Positions 1 through 7,961 of a stretch of DNA of 39,737 nucleotides are shown in pieces; within the stretch, counting starts at the first letter, position 1, and every line of letters begins with the position of its first letter. The stretch spans positions 1 to 39,737 of the IMG/VR virus record IMGVR_UViG_3300030708_003285, one strand, 5' to 3'. This DNA is from a virus. Taxonomy: Duplodnaviria > Caudoviricetes. A model generated the notes under the pieces. The model was not told the origin of the DNA. It made no database searches and was given only the letters and a program-made list of their open reading frames with translations. A program made the translations under genes and the position numbers.

Positions 1-1
1 G

Positions 2-67
2 TACGATCATGCTGATAACGAGGGCATGTGCGACGAATGCCACTTGAAATACCCTGATGGAGTCTGA
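2..67 (+). CDS. 3' end of an upstream gene (partial; ...YDHADNEGMCDECHLKYPDGV*)
   Basis: Open frame from the window edge to TGA at 65-67 with a CxxC motif; stop lies 5 nt before the next ATG. Confidence 0.5.
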   Translation, partial: YDHADNEGMCDECHLKYPDGV

Positions 68-72
68 TTGGA

Positions 73-1581
73 ATGAGCGCGTTCGACAAGGCTTGGAATC
101 TCTCCAAGATCGACTTTCGCTTCGATGACCAAGGATCTAAGGGGGCCCGTGGCTATTCGTCTCCCTTTCTTGAGGAATACAAGTATCGTGTTCCCATTGG
201 ATACGACTCGGAGGGGAATCTGGAATACTCGCCTAGAGACAGGGTTGTGACTGACAACTCATTCGTCCAACTTCCGAAATTTCGTAGAGGGAGCAGATCA
301 GCGCAAGACGAAATCATGAGAACCATCATGCATGAGGCGATGCACGATGCGGATATTAGCGTCGGATCTCCTGCTAGGTCGGCAAGCCGTCGAAGGGGCC
401 CTGAATTTCTAGGTAGTGGCGGGGATAGGGGGCCAAACAGAATAAGATCTAGGGCTGAGTCTGGGTTAAACTCACCCACTACGAGGGACAAGGATTTCGC
501 TGCGGAGACAATGGCATATCTCGGAACGTATCCTGACAGGCCGGACCTTGCGAACATCGCAACGATGGATCACCCGGAGGTCAAGCCCTCCGATGTCGAG
601 TTCATGTACGACAAACTGCCAGCAAAACCTGTTTTCAGCCATATCAGGGACCTGAGGTCTGCGAAAAAGAGAAGGAACACCAAGGCGCTGAAGAGGGCTC
701 ACAGGCCAAGTATCAGGAGAGATCCTGAGACAGGCGAGATAACCAATGAGTTTGAGGAGGATTTCGTCGTTCCCAGAACCGAGCAGATCAGGAGGAACCT
801 CGTCAATGCCTTGAGGGACATGGCCATGACAAGAATGATAGAATCCGGCGAGTTCAGGGAGAATCCTGAAACCAACAGGTATGAGTTTGACATGAAGGGT
901 GATCGCCCTGATGCGAGAAAGATCAAGGCGGCAGAGAGGGAGACGAGCAAGGCCAGAAACGCCATCAACCGATTCTTCAGGAGGGTCGAGGCGGGGGACG
1001 AGCCAGTCCCTCGATCCATGGAGGACCTGCCTGAGAATATACGGCAGTTGATCGGCCAGCAGCAGATCCGGCAACTCGTCGGAGAGCAGCGGGGGCTAGG
1101 ATCGGAGGCCACCGTGAATCGCAGGAGCGAATTTGACGAGATTCAGGATAAAATCACGAATTTGATAAGCCCGACAGTCAATCGATACAGAGGATACTAC
1201 GATGATGAAGAAGAGGGCGAGTTCGACAACCTTCCCCTTGAGGAGAGGAAAGAACTACTCAGCGAGTATCTCGGACTCATAAACGAGAGAATGAGGCCTG
1301 TGACATACGACAATTATGGAAATGTAAGGCGAGGTGATGAGAACGTCGATGACTACGGAATCGTTCAACAAACGCTCATGGAGAGGGACGAGGATGGCAA
1401 TCTGATATACCAAGATGTCATTGACGAGCATCTCACTGGCAAGGTGGAGCAGATTTTCGATGACTATGTTGCCGATTACAAGGGCGGGAAACCCGGACCG
1501 AGAACGAGGATAGACCCTGTGGACAGGCAGCGAGAGGAGATGGTACGCGATCTGCGACGATACTACGGGGGCGATGATTAA
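73..1581 (+). CDS. AFDxAW-leader protein 1; HEXXH zinc-metallopeptidase-like domain plus acidic/helical C-terminal region
   Basis: Starts MSAFDKAWNLSK; contains IMHEAMH (HEXXH) with a downstream E (AAETMAY) as candidate third ligand. Confidence 0.7.
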   Translation: MSAFDKAWNLSKIDFRFDDQGSKGARGYSSPFLEEYKYRVPIGYDSEGNLEYSPRDRVVTDNSFVQLPKFRRGSRSAQDEIMRTIMHEAMHDADISVGSPARSASRRRGPEFLGSGGDRGPNRIRSRAESGLNSPTTRDKDFAAETMAYLGTYPDRPDLANIATMDHPEVKPSDVEFMYDKLPAKPVFSHIRDLRSAKKRRNTKALKRAHRPSIRRDPETGEITNEFEEDFVVPRTEQIRRNLVNALRDMAMTRMIESGEFRENPETNRYEFDMKGDRPDARKIKAAERETSKARNAINRFFRRVEAGDEPVPRSMEDLPENIRQLIGQQQIRQLVGEQRGLGSEATVNRRSEFDEIQDKITNLISPTVNRYRGYYDDEEEGEFDNLPLEERKELLSEYLGLINERMRPVTYDNYGNVRRGDENVDDYGIVQQTLMERDEDGNLIYQDVIDEHLTGKVEQIFDDYVADYKGGKPGPRTRIDPVDRQREEMVRDLRRYYGGDD

Positions 1582-1582
1582 G

Positions 1583-1906
1583 ATGACCGCATTTGACCGA
1601 GCATGGAGTATCGTCAAAGCGCCATTTACAGGTGATGATGATTATATCCATGAAAACGATCCCAATTACCGTGTGGATGAGCATGATTGGGAGCGGCATG
1701 AGGGTGAATATGGGCCAGATGTTGATAGAAATGTGCTGAATATCCCCGGTATGCAGGAATTATTACAAGATTTACAAAAATTTAGCCAGCATTGCCTTGA
1801 TTCTATGGATGAAAGACTTGCAGTAGCCGAAGGGCTGCTTGCTTTGGGTTATTCTAAATCTGGCAACCTCGACCTAAGCCATCGACAAAGGAGGAACTTG
1901 GAATGA
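1583..1906 (+). CDS. AFDxAW-leader protein 2, small acidic hypothetical
   Basis: Likely start is ATG 1583 (MTAFDRAWSIVK), 1 nt after the upstream stop; ATGA overlap with the next gene. Confidence 0.7.
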   Translation: MTAFDRAWSIVKAPFTGDDDYIHENDPNYRVDEHDWERHEGEYGPDVDRNVLNIPGMQELLQDLQKFSQHCLDSMDERLAVAEGLLALGYSKSGNLDLSHRQRRNLE

Positions 1907-2505
1907 CAGCCTTTGACAAAGCATGGAATCTGGTGAAGATGCCCGTGTATCACGGCACAGACGAGAAAAATCTCAGGAGTATAATGGAGCGTGGCCTGTT
2001 GCCGACAGCGGAGGCCCCTCAGTTCCTCGATCACACCTATGACGAGGTAAAGGAGATGCTAGGCTATGATGATGACAAGATGAACCAGTATTTTGGAGGT
2101 GACTGGTCGTTTTACTATGGGGACAAGGCGAAGACCATGGGCGACGACGGTGAAATCGGTGATTGGGTCGGAGGTCGAGCAGGGGCGATACGCGATGCCC
2201 ATGATTGGGCGTCCGCGATGTATAACAGGCCGATGGTCCTTGAGATAGATGACCAGCACCCGGACTCGCCATTCTTCATGCCAGAGCCCACCCTCGTTCC
2301 GGGCACACAGGCGTTCAATGAACACAAAGATCAGAGAAGGGCGAGGGGAGTGATTCCACCGCACCTGATAAGGAGGCTCCCTCAGAAGGAGGTGGATGAG
2401 GCCCTCAAGGTTCAGGATGACTACCGACAGGCACAGGAAGACAGGGACGACCTGTTCCTAGAGTTGCAATCACACCTAATCGACAGAATACATAGGGGTC
2501 AATAA
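1903..2505 (+). CDS. AFDxAW-leader protein 3; ADP-ribosyltransferase-like (His-clade) domain
   Basis: MTAFDKAWNLVK directly followed by VYHGTDEKNLRSIMERGLLP, the YHGT..I..xGL signature of PARP/Tpt1-like ART folds; later MVLEID strand. Confidence 0.65.
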   Translation: MTAFDKAWNLVKMPVYHGTDEKNLRSIMERGLLPTAEAPQFLDHTYDEVKEMLGYDDDKMNQYFGGDWSFYYGDKAKTMGDDGEIGDWVGGRAGAIRDAHDWASAMYNRPMVLEIDDQHPDSPFFMPEPTLVPGTQAFNEHKDQRRARGVIPPHLIRRLPQKEVDEALKVQDDYRQAQEDRDDLFLELQSHLIDRIHRGQ

Positions 2506-2507
2506 TG

Positions 2508-2900
2508 ATGACCGCCTTTGACCAAGCATGGGATATTGTAAAGTCCGTATATCATCGGTTGTTTTCCGATGAAGAAATACAAAGAATTGCGAATATAAAC
2601 CGATTATTGCTTCAAGAACCGCTTGACCCCGATCCGAGTGTAAATTGGCCGAGTGAATGTGAGAAATGCTTTAACGACATTAACAACATAGTTGAGGGTA
2701 TTCCAAAATTATGTAGCAAATGTATTCATCCTTGGGTTGATGAAAGAATATCTGATTCAATGGAGATTGAAGGCTTCTTTGGAGATGGCAAGCCATTCAA
2801 TCTAAATCAGGCAATTGAAGATGGTAGCGCGGTTGGCCCTAACAGAACATATGGTATTGACTATGAGGCATACCGAGATAGAATGGAGGATTATGAATGA
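2508..2900 (+). CDS. AFDxAW-leader protein 4 with CxxC...CxxC zinc finger
   Basis: MTAFDQAWDIVKS (start 2505 or 2508); CEKC and CSKC pairs. Confidence 0.7.
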   Translation: MTAFDQAWDIVKSVYHRLFSDEEIQRIANINRLLLQEPLDPDPSVNWPSECEKCFNDINNIVEGIPKLCSKCIHPWVDERISDSMEIEGFFGDGKPFNLNQAIEDGSAVGPNRTYGIDYEAYRDRMEDYE

Positions 2901-3739
2901 CCGCTTTTGACCAAGCATGGGACGTTGTGAAGGAATACAGTCTTGATTGGCGCAGAGATGCTCAAGATTTGTTGAATCTCGACCCTTCTGAAATACCGAA
3001 ACCCCTAATTCATGATGATGAAAACGTAAATCACCCGCTTTATCTCGATGAGGGGACGAAAGTAGCGACATACCAACACCCTCTCGATAGCAGGTATGTC
3101 ATGAAAGTGCCGTACATTGATGATGAGTGGTCACAGAGGTATTCGCAAAACAGAAATCAAAATGATGACACCATTGCCTTGCTTGAACGCCTTGGGTATC
3201 CAATAGTGGGCGAATTGGGCAATTTGGATAGGATAGACGATATTTCTGACTCCTTCTTTGTCCAGCCTCGATTATATGATAGACCTAGAAATTCTGAGTA
3301 TAGTGAGAAGAAAAGATACATTCGTCCAACTTTCGGATTAGCCGATGCAACACTCATGCATCTCATTAATGACCGTAATATTGGTAATTACGGATTTGAT
3401 GATTCAACTGGCGGGGTACGTAATTTCGATCTTGATTCAATTGGATTTACTGATGATTGGTGGCCTCATGAAGGACACACTAGACAAGACCTCTTTGACA
3501 TACACGGCCCCATGTCCAGAGGCGAACAACTCCAAGAGCATCTGAACACTTTCGGAATCCAGCACCCTGCGAGCAGATTGCTTGATGAAATACCCGAAGT
3601 ATCCCACAAAGACCGGGACAACCCACTCTATCGACTACAATCATTCCGAAATCTGATGGAGGAAATTGAGCCATATTCAGACAATCCGAAGAATCTTATG
3701 GTCGATGGTAAGCCTATTTGGTTGGAGGGATTGAATTGA
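2897..3739 (+). CDS. AFDxAW-leader protein 5; protein-kinase-like (PI3/4K/HipA-type) domain
   Basis: MTAFDQAWDVVK; YVMK (ATP-binding Lys strand), DRNIGN (DRHxxN catalytic loop) and NFDLD (DFG equivalent) occur in the expected order. Confidence 0.6.
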   Translation: MTAFDQAWDVVKEYSLDWRRDAQDLLNLDPSEIPKPLIHDDENVNHPLYLDEGTKVATYQHPLDSRYVMKVPYIDDEWSQRYSQNRNQNDDTIALLERLGYPIVGELGNLDRIDDISDSFFVQPRLYDRPRNSEYSEKKRYIRPTFGLADATLMHLINDRNIGNYGFDDSTGGVRNFDLDSIGFTDDWWPHEGHTRQDLFDIHGPMSRGEQLQEHLNTFGIQHPASRLLDEIPEVSHKDRDNPLYRLQSFRNLMEEIEPYSDNPKNLMVDGKPIWLEGLN

Positions 3740-4401
3740 CCGCCTTTGATCGAGCATGGGCGCTCACGAAGGACTTCAGGTTTCTTAGACGAGAACTTGA
3801 AGAAAGGAAAAAGGCGGGGGAGCCTGTTAGTTTTGGGGATTACATAAATGCATTTCAATCATTAGGCCAGTTTGATAACCAAACAGGAGAGATCTATGCT
3901 AACTTGGATGCCCGTGACCTCCATACGACTGATCAAGGATCCTATTACGGAACAAGAAATACCACTGATGAGGAGAAGGAGGCTACTCTCCTTGAGACGC
4001 TTAGGCATGAGGGAGATCACAAGGCGTTGGACTCAATACTCACTGAAGCCCTCCAACCACGGAATGACCCGATACCCTACAAGGCAGATACCTCCAAACC
4101 AAATTCTGAATTACAGGATGAATTTATGGATAGATACACTAGAGGGCATGAGTATGCGCTCATGGCCCTCGACTCCATGCGCAGGCGGAAGGGCAGCGGG
4201 AGTCCAAGACTGAGGATTGGGACCACTGTTGCTCCGAATAGGCGCTTTAGGAGGTTGAGCGAAAGGTATCCTTATCATGGTTATGACCTCGATGACCTAG
4301 TTGCATTGGAGCGCAATACCCTTGCTAGGGACATGAATGAGGCAATGGGCCGAAGGGCGAGGGAGAATGCGAGGAGATTGATGGAGGGATCGGACCAATG
4401 A
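3736..4401 (+). CDS. AFDxAW-leader protein 6; HEXXH metallopeptidase-like
   Basis: TTG start at 3736 overlaps the upstream TGA and reads (M)TAFDRAWALTK; contains LRHEGDH and later GHEYA. Confidence 0.65.
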   Translation: MTAFDRAWALTKDFRFLRRELEERKKAGEPVSFGDYINAFQSLGQFDNQTGEIYANLDARDLHTTDQGSYYGTRNTTDEEKEATLLETLRHEGDHKALDSILTEALQPRNDPIPYKADTSKPNSELQDEFMDRYTRGHEYALMALDSMRRRKGSGSPRLRIGTTVAPNRRFRRLSERYPYHGYDLDDLVALERNTLARDMNEAMGRRARENARRLMEGSDQ

Positions 4402-4691
4402 CCGCATTTGACCAAGCGTGGGCTATCGTAAAGGGGATTGATGACCCTGATAATGATGATGAGTTTATTGACAATGATGCTTTTAACGACCCTGTTCCAG
4501 ACATCATCGAGCATATAATGGGTATTTTCGGTGATGAGCCGGAAATGGATATGTGCTATTCATGTGGTTTGGAGGGAGATATACGAACTTTCACCGTTAG
4601 AAGCCCAATAGGAAGGTTGGAACGAAAGTGTCCTAATTGTGGTTCTTATGAGGTTCATGGTGTAAATGCCTTTGGCGGGGGTGAGAGATAA
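4398..4691 (+). CDS. AFDxAW-leader protein 7; acidic N-region plus zinc ribbon
   Basis: MTAFDQAWAIVK; CYSC...CPNCGS. Confidence 0.7.
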   Translation: MTAFDQAWAIVKGIDDPDNDDEFIDNDAFNDPVPDIIEHIMGIFGDEPEMDMCYSCGLEGDIRTFTVRSPIGRLERKCPNCGSYEVHGVNAFGGGER

Positions 4692-5152
4692 TGACCGCCT
4701 TTGACCGAGCGTGGGACATCGCCAAGGAGTCTCCAGATTACCAAGGATATCATGGAGCCCCTATCGATCCAGATTATCACTCTCCCTTGCATGACATGAC
4801 TGGAATGTATCCAGACGACCTGTATTCCCACATGGGGCCCAGATACTACGGTGATGGCAGCAACATTGCAAGAGATCATCGCTCTCACGGTATCATCATG
4901 GCCGCTAAGGGCAATCCTGACGCTGAAATAATGGTTTTCCGAACAGTCCCCCATGAGGTCGAGGACAATCAGATAAATCCCGGCGATTGGGTATCAATAT
5001 CAAGGGGCTATGCAATAGATCATGGTCGTAGGTTCGGACATGGAAGATATGGAAAGGGCGGCTTCAAATTAATGAAAAAGAGAGTAAAGGCGAAGGATCT
5101 CTTCAGCGAGGGCAACTCACTTCATGAGTATGGTTGGAGGGGACACACATGA
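4691..5152 (+). CDS. AFDxAW-leader protein 8; probable ART-like domain
   Basis: MTAFDRAWDIAK; GGTGA SD upstream; VFRTVP...INPGDWVSISRGYAIDHG...EGNSLHEYGW resembles the R/S/E strand pattern of ART folds. Confidence 0.55.
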   Translation: MTAFDRAWDIAKESPDYQGYHGAPIDPDYHSPLHDMTGMYPDDLYSHMGPRYYGDGSNIARDHRSHGIIMAAKGNPDAEIMVFRTVPHEVEDNQINPGDWVSISRGYAIDHGRRFGHGRYGKGGFKLMKKRVKAKDLFSEGNSLHEYGWRGHT

Positions 5153-5904
5153 CCTCCTTCGATGACGCTTGGCGATTGGTCAAGATGCCCATTCATTTGG
5201 ATTCTGACCATGAGGACTTCATCGATGGCCTGTCCGTTCACGGCCCCATATATCAGGGCCGACGAGCAGGCATGAGAGATACAGGGTATTGGACGCCTCA
5301 CAAGGACAAGGCGTTGGCTTATGCATTATTTGGGACGAGATACGATTGGTCTGGGGGCAACAAGATAGATGCTAGGGATTCGATCCCTGAGTTGTATTCA
5401 TATGACCCCGGCGAACATGATATTTTCTTGCCTGCTGATACTGACTATATGCCGTATGATTTGATAGATCGTGCATTGGCTTTACGGCGTGTTGCTTTCA
5501 AAGATGAATATGGAGATATTGAATCGGGAGAGATCGGGGCTAATTTGGATAGCGAGGGCATAATGCCAGTTAAGATGCCGGATAACGAATTGGCAGACAT
5601 GATTCAAAGACTGCGTGAAAGCGAGCATTTCGATGAGGGTGAGCCATATGAGAGCAATGGCTTGACCAATTATGAGAATCTCATGAATCTGGAGTTCCTT
5701 AACCCCGACTTCGATCACGATGAATGGGAGCGTATCTTTGGAACTAGGCCGAGTATGGATTACGATAACATTCAACGGGATACCACGGATGATTATTTCG
5801 ACATGGGATTTGAGAACCCCGAATGGGATCTGTCAGTAGTGTCGGGGTTAAAGGGCGGAAATCTTGCAACTCTGATAGAAAATCTAAGGAGACGTAATCG
5901 TTAG
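5149..5904 (+). CDS. AFDxAW-leader protein 9; possible ART-like N-domain, acidic C-terminus
   Basis: Likely start is ATG 5149 (MTSFDDAWRLVK, ATGA overlap); IYQGRR...GYWTPHKDKALAYA resembles the ART Y-x-T...A..YA motif. Confidence 0.55.
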   Translation: MTSFDDAWRLVKMPIHLDSDHEDFIDGLSVHGPIYQGRRAGMRDTGYWTPHKDKALAYALFGTRYDWSGGNKIDARDSIPELYSYDPGEHDIFLPADTDYMPYDLIDRALALRRVAFKDEYGDIESGEIGANLDSEGIMPVKMPDNELADMIQRLRESEHFDEGEPYESNGLTNYENLMNLEFLNPDFDHDEWERIFGTRPSMDYDNIQRDTTDDYFDMGFENPEWDLSVVSGLKGGNLATLIENLRRRNR

Positions 5905-5909
5905 AAACG

Positions 5910-6530
5910 ATGGAAATCATAGGAGACACGATTAGCATGGGCTCTCTCAAGAACAACCCTCCTAAACCTCCTGAGAAGAGGACCAAGGAGGAGGAGGATG
6001 AGCGAGAGAGATCACGAAGGCTCTTTGGCACACGGGACTTCACGGAACTCAACAGATCTGCTGATGCCATCTTCGACACAGCATGGGCCCTGTTCAAGGC
6101 AAGACAATCTAAACTAGGAGAGTATGATCCAGATTTCATCAGTGATTTCGGTCCTGTGACTGAGTATCACGGAACGATGGACATGCAGCGCGTCCTTGAT
6201 GAGGGTATTCGGGGAGGGAGCCCGAAGAGAAGGTCGAAGCGATATGTCCCTGCTGACATGAGAAACGAGGATAGGATATCATACACGACTGACGACAAGG
6301 ACCTCGCGCTCCTCTTTGCTATGGAGAGAGCCCGTCAACTAGGACTTCCCATGAGAAACGTGGGTGTAGTCGGTGTGAGGGCAGGGGGATTGCCGAGAGC
6401 ATTGCGTCATCGTGAACCCATGGGAGGCATCCTTAGCGGCACAGAGAGCAATGTTAGGAGTGGAGGCATACCTAGATCTCGACTTGCCCCGATTCCTAGT
6501 TCGACAGAGCGAAGACGAGAACAAAACTGA
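5910..6530 (+). CDS. Protein with an internal leader copy (AIFDTAWALFKA) followed by an ART-like domain
   Basis: Motif at about 6066-6101, then EYHGTMDMQRVLDEGI...SYTTDDKDLALLFA...VGVVGV. Confidence 0.6.
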   Translation: MEIIGDTISMGSLKNNPPKPPEKRTKEEEDERERSRRLFGTRDFTELNRSADAIFDTAWALFKARQSKLGEYDPDFISDFGPVTEYHGTMDMQRVLDEGIRGGSPKRRSKRYVPADMRNEDRISYTTDDKDLALLFAMERARQLGLPMRNVGVVGVRAGGLPRALRHREPMGGILSGTESNVRSGGIPRSRLAPIPSSTERRREQN

Positions 6531-6612
6531 GAAGCCCCAATGCAAGCATCAGGCTGATGGCCATCTCCATCACCGCTCTCTTCACGATGCCCATGAAACC
6601 ATCTCGGACCAT
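6496..6612 (-). CDS. Possible 38-aa single-TM microprotein (MVRDGFMGIVKRAVMEMAISLMLALGLLSFVLVFALSN)
   Basis: Fills the 6530-6669 gap on the minus strand; strongly hydrophobic C-half; overlaps the upstream gene end by 35 nt. Confidence 0.3.
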   Translation of the reverse strand: MVRDGFMGIVKRAVMEMAISLMLALGLLSFVLVFALSN

Positions 6613-6668
6613 AGGGGTCGGACAGGCAACCAACAAATAGGATTGTCCCTAGATCCCTATGACACACC

Positions 6669-7574
6669 GTGATTCGACTGTATGAAGTAGGCCCCCGTGA
6701 TGGTTTGCAAGGACTGTCCAAGGTGCTTCCTGTCGAGAGCAGGACGGAGATGGTCAAACTCCTCTATGAGGCTGGCATCGATGATATCGAGGTCGGCAGC
6801 ATGGTCAACCCGAATAGGCTCCCAACCATGGCCAAAAGCGGTGAGGTCTATCTCGCCCTCAAGGATATGCACCCCAATGCACGTTTCTCCCTGCTTGTCA
6901 TGAATGAGAGAGGCATGGATGAGGCCAAGAGGATCGGTGCGGAATACATCAACATCGTCTTGAGCCCCAATCAGAAGTTCAACCACAAGAATCTCGGAAA
7001 GAACATGCATGAGTGCATGATGATGTATGAGGAGATGCTCAAAGACACGCCGAGGGAGAAGGTCAGGGCATACGTTTCATGTGCCTTCACGGACCTTGAG
7101 CCCGGCGAGTCGAGGATGGAGTGCCTGTCATGGGGCAACATGGTGGCATCCACCGTCGTCCTCGCTGACACGGATGGCTCGGCAGACAATCTGTCTCTCG
7201 CAGATGGAATCAGGCTGTCAAGGCAAGCAGGAATCTTCAACTTGGCACTGCACCTCCACTTTAGTTATCGAAAGCCCCCCGGATACATCGACACCCTCCT
7301 CGACTTGGCGTATGCCATGGGCGTCAACGAGTTCGATAGCAGCATAGCAGGGTTAGGAGGATGCCCGTATGTTGATGGCTCAGGTAGCAACCTATCGACG
7401 GAGGATCTCATATCATGGGCTCTCAAGAATGGCCACGATATCGGGAACATCAACCTGCGGTCACTGACACGCGCATCGAGGTATGCTCGCAATGTGACAT
7501 CCGACAGGAGGAAGTTCTTTCCCATCAGATCATGGTCCGAGGCGAGGATCCTGCTCAAGTCGATTTGGGACTGA
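6669..7574 (+). CDS. hmgL: Hydroxymethylglutaryl-CoA lyase (DRE-TIM metallolyase), auxiliary metabolic gene
   Basis: EVGPRDGLQ, IEVGS, LADT, LHLH metal ligands and GLGGCPY..GSGSNLSTED catalytic Cys loop; 301 aa is typical. Confidence 0.9.
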   Translation: MIRLYEVGPRDGLQGLSKVLPVESRTEMVKLLYEAGIDDIEVGSMVNPNRLPTMAKSGEVYLALKDMHPNARFSLLVMNERGMDEAKRIGAEYINIVLSPNQKFNHKNLGKNMHECMMMYEEMLKDTPREKVRAYVSCAFTDLEPGESRMECLSWGNMVASTVVLADTDGSADNLSLADGIRLSRQAGIFNLALHLHFSYRKPPGYIDTLLDLAYAMGVNEFDSSIAGLGGCPYVDGSGSNLSTEDLISWALKNGHDIGNINLRSLTRASRYARNVTSDRRKFFPIRSWSEARILLKSIWD

Positions 7575-7638
7575 TATGAGGCTCTGTGACATCTCTGTCA
7601 TGCCAACATTAAATTAGGATCGGTGTATTTTCTACACC

Positions 7639-7764
7639 GTGGACAGGAACTGCCGATGGTTCAACGAGTGGGCTGATGACATAGTGGAAGACATACAGAT
7701 CACCACGCCATCGCAAAATCAATTCATGTCCGCTCTAATGACGCTACTGAGGCTGAACGGATGA
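7639..7764 (+). CDS. Small hypothetical protein (41 aa, MDRNCRWFNEWADD...)
   Basis: GTG start about 27 nt after an ATTAAA box; ATGA overlap with the next ORF. Confidence 0.5.
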   Translation: MDRNCRWFNEWADDIVEDIQITTPSQNQFMSALMTLLRLNG

Positions 7765-7961
7765 GGTTCGGCTCAATCGGCTACAACGTCTCCACATTCC
7801 TCGTCATAGTCTTCTTGATGGCGCATACCATGGTTATGACCATGCTGATCAACGAGCAGAGGGGAGTGGAGTTGTCAACGATGCTCGTCCTCTATGCCAA
7901 CGTGGTGTTTATCTGCGTCATCATACAGATGCATGTATCGAGTCGCCATGATAGTGTATAG
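7761..7961 (+). CDS. Small two-TM membrane protein
   Basis: Two hydrophobic stretches in 66 aa; coupled to both neighbours. Confidence 0.55.
   Translation: MRFGSIGYNVSTFLVIVFLMAHTMVMTMLINEQRGVELSTMLVLYANVVFICVIIQMHVSSRHDSV

Larger units (their letters stand above)
1583..4714 (+). repeat. Dispersed 24-nt direct repeat at cassette starts, consensus ATGACCGCNTTTGACMRAGCRTGG
   Basis: Copies read at 1583, 1903, 2508, 2897, 3736 (TTG), 4398 and 4691; more diverged copies at 73 and 5149. Confidence 0.85.

Noticed and set aside
1583-5172. CRISPR array interpretation of the 24-nt repeats
   Set aside because: Spacing is 290-840 nt and irregular, the repeats are degenerate and protein-coding, and no cas genes are present.
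73-6530. Integron attC-type cassette array or Sec/Tat signal peptides
   Set aside because: No intergenic space or palindromic attC sites and no integrase in the window; the leader lacks a hydrophobic core or twin-Arg motif.
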